Shown here: piece by piece, positions 62,019 through 64,000 of the stretch
How positions within the stretch are numbered: the first letter of the stretch is position 1
Layout: each line of letters begins with the position of its first letter
Assembly (NCBI GenBank): GCA_041891055.1
Contig: CP169074.1
Span: 384,001 to 448,000, forward strand
Direction: 5' to 3'
Source of the DNA: Halorutilales archaeon Cl-col2-1
GTDB lineage: Archaea; Halobacteriota; Halobacteria; Halobacteriales; Afararchaeaceae
DNA: 64,000 bases
The notes under the pieces: generated by a model
The model's database searches: none
The model's input: only the letters and a program-made list of their open reading frames with translations
Told to the model about the DNA's origin: nothing
Made by a program: the position numbers and the translations under genes

Positions 62019-62873
62019 CTATATCTCCTCCGCTTCTTCCTCGAATCCGAGTTCCCTGAGTCCTTTCCTGAGCTGTTCGTCGTTCGGTGCCTTTCCGTGG
62101 AATCCCGAGAGCTCCTCCTCCATGAACGAGATTCCCTTGCCCTTCGTCGAGTGGGAGATTACCACGGCGGGCTCGTCGTCACGGTTCTCGTCTACGTCCT
62201 CGAACGCCTCACGTATCGATTCGAAGTCGTGTCCGTCACAGTCGGTGACATACCAGCCGAACGACTCGAACTTGTCGTCGAGAGGCTCTATCGTCTTCGA
62301 CTCCTCGACGGGACGGTCGTTCTGTACTCCGTTGTTGTCGACGACTACGGTGAGGTTGTCTATCGACTTGTCTCCCGCGGTCATAGCCGCCTCCCAGACG
62401 GCACCTTCCTGTACTTCTCCGTCTCCGAGCATCGCGTAGACGTGGTAGTCAGCACCGTCGAGCTTGCCCGCGAGCGCGATACCGTTGGCGAACGACAGAC
62501 CCTGTCCGAGCGACCCCGACGAGAAGTCGACACCGGGTATCTTCATGCTAGAGTGTCCCTGGAGTAGCTCGTCGAAGCCGCGGAACTTCATTAGCTCGTC
62601 GTCTGAGAAGAAGCCCTGTCTCGCGAGGACGGAGTAGTAGGCTGGGCAGGCGTGTCCCTTGCTGTAGACCAGCCTGTCCCTGTCGCCTGCGTCGGGACTG
62701 TCGGGGTCGACATCTAGCTCCTCGTTGTAGAGCCAGATCAGCATCTCGGTCGCCGAGAGCGACCCTCCGGGATGTCCCGATCCCGCGGCGTTCGTCATCT
62801 TGAGTATCTCCTTACGTGTCTGTCTAGCTCGCTCTTCGTAGTTCTCGTAAGCTGTTTTCTCTTTCTGTGTCAT
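62019..62873 (-). CDS. tktA: transketolase N-terminal subunit
   Basis: GHPGGSLS, SKGHA, GSLGQG, GDGE..EG..WE ThDP motif. Confidence 0.92.
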   Translation of the reverse strand: MTQKEKTAYENYEERARQTRKEILKMTNAAGSGHPGGSLSATEMLIWLYNEELDVDPDSPDAGDRDRLVYSKGHACPAYYSVLARQGFFSDDELMKFRGFDELLQGHSSMKIPGVDFSSGSLGQGLSFANGIALAGKLDGADYHVYAMLGDGEVQEGAVWEAAMTAGDKSIDNLTVVVDNNGVQNDRPVEESKTIEPLDDKFESFGWYVTDCDGHDFESIREAFEDVDENRDDEPAVVISHSTKGKGISFMEEELSGFHGKAPNDEQLRKGLRELGFEEEAEEI

Positions 62874-63511
62874 TGTTTCTCCTCGGCTGCGTTTCTTATG
62901 TCTCTCATGGCTTCTGCCGGGTTGTCAGAGCCGAATATAGAAGAGCCGGACACGAGTACGTCGACACCAGCCTCGACGCAGTCGCGTGCGTTCCCGACTC
63001 CCACTCCGCCGTCGATCTCTATCTCGACGTCCGACTTCGAGTCTATCTCCTCGACCTTGTCGAGGACTCCGGGGAGGAACTCCTGTCCGCCGAAGCCGGG
63101 GTTGACCGACATCACGAGAACGCGGTCGATCTCGCTCAGAACTTCGTCTAAGACGGTCGCAGGAGTCGCGGGGTTTATCGCCACACCCGCGTCCATGCCT
63201 GCGTCGTGTATCCTCTGTACAGTTCTGTGGAGATGGACACACGCCTCCTCATGGACTGTGAGAGTATCGGCACCCGAGTCGGCGAACTCTGATATATAGT
63301 CGTCGGGATTTTCTATCATCAGATGGGTGTCGAAAGACAGATTGGTGACCGGGTCGAGCGAGTCGAGAACGAGAGGACCGAACGTGATGTTGGGAACGAA
63401 ATGACCGTCCATGACGTCGAGGTGTAACATGTCGGCTTCCTCGACTTTCTCGACCTCATCGGCGAGATGTGAGAAGTCTGCTGAGAGTAGTGATGGTGCT
63501 ATCTTGACCAT
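62870..63511 (-). CDS. rpe: ribulose-phosphate 3-epimerase
   Basis: HLDVMDGHFVPN, DTHLM, MSVNPGFGGQ, DGG. Confidence 0.95.
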   Translation of the reverse strand: MVKIAPSLLSADFSHLADEVEKVEEADMLHLDVMDGHFVPNITFGPLVLDSLDPVTNLSFDTHLMIENPDDYISEFADSGADTLTVHEEACVHLHRTVQRIHDAGMDAGVAINPATPATVLDEVLSEIDRVLVMSVNPGFGGQEFLPGVLDKVEEIDSKSDVEIEIDGGVGVGNARDCVEAGVDVLVSGSSIFGSDNPAEAMRDIRNAAEEKQ

Positions 63512-63643
63512 ATAGGTAGTTACTAATCCGTCTCAGCACCACTTTAAACAACCGTTTTGAGGGGTGTATGTCAATCTCTGACCATTAGTACAACTACAGT
63601 CACCACCAGTTTGATCTGTCGTGTCTTCGTACTTCTTCGTAGT

Positions 63644-64000
63644 ATGCAGCCGAGCAAGTTCATCTGGTGGGCGTCCGAGGACAAGGATCAGCTACACAAG
63701 TTCGAGGACACGTGTGACGAGAGAAACTGGGTCTCACGCCACGGAATACAGGACTTCCTTCTATCTCAGCTTCCCGGTGACCCCGACAAGGTACGTATGG
63801 AGGTTCCGACCGACTACTGGAGCGACATAGAGAACCCTCACATCGACACCGCGGGAGAGATCGACCTACTCGAACTCGAAGGCGTCGCGCATTACCCCGA
63901 GAAGAAGATAGAGTTCGAGACAGTGACAAAGATGGTGAAAGACGACGAAGATCCGTCGATAGACTGGAAGATCTGGAAGATGCAGAAGAAGTATCCCTGA
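63644..64000 (+). CDS. hypothetical acidic protein (118 aa)
   Basis: ATG 63644 to TGA 63998-64000; host codon usage. Confidence 0.6.
   Translation: MQPSKFIWWASEDKDQLHKFEDTCDERNWVSRHGIQDFLLSQLPGDPDKVRMEVPTDYWSDIENPHIDTAGEIDLLELEGVAHYPEKKIEFETVTKMVKDDEDPSIDWKIWKMQKKYP

Overview
A 64-kb chromosomal segment of a halophilic archaeon (very acidic proteins, Tat lipoproteins, halocyanin, phosphomevalonate decarboxylase, EF-1beta). Frequent ATA/AGA codons and some genes unusual for model Halobacteria suggest a divergent lineage, which is an inference. Most of it is housekeeping: mre11-rad50-nurA-herA, nosD/F/Y-like ABC genes, birA, RNase R, leuS, ppa, katG, htpX and an rpe-tkt-tkt-tal pentose-phosphate operon. 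Accessory elements are (i) a vapBC plus Type IIG restriction-modification cassette between nurA and herA, whose R-M gene has a 1-nt frameshift in its NPPY motif and looks mosaic in codon usage, (ii) a complete IS6 element with 17-bp IRs and an 8-bp target duplication, and (iii) a TnpB-only IS1341-type element inside a histidine-kinase gene, whose ends, target motif and guide can be read from the sequence. The best candidate for something undescribed is a gene-free ~350-bp region after leuS with two tandem DtxR/SirR-like palindromes and repeated GGAGGATAAG motifs, possibly a metal-repressed small RNA. No rRNA, tRNA or CRISPR array was seen. All family calls come from motif recognition, not database searches.
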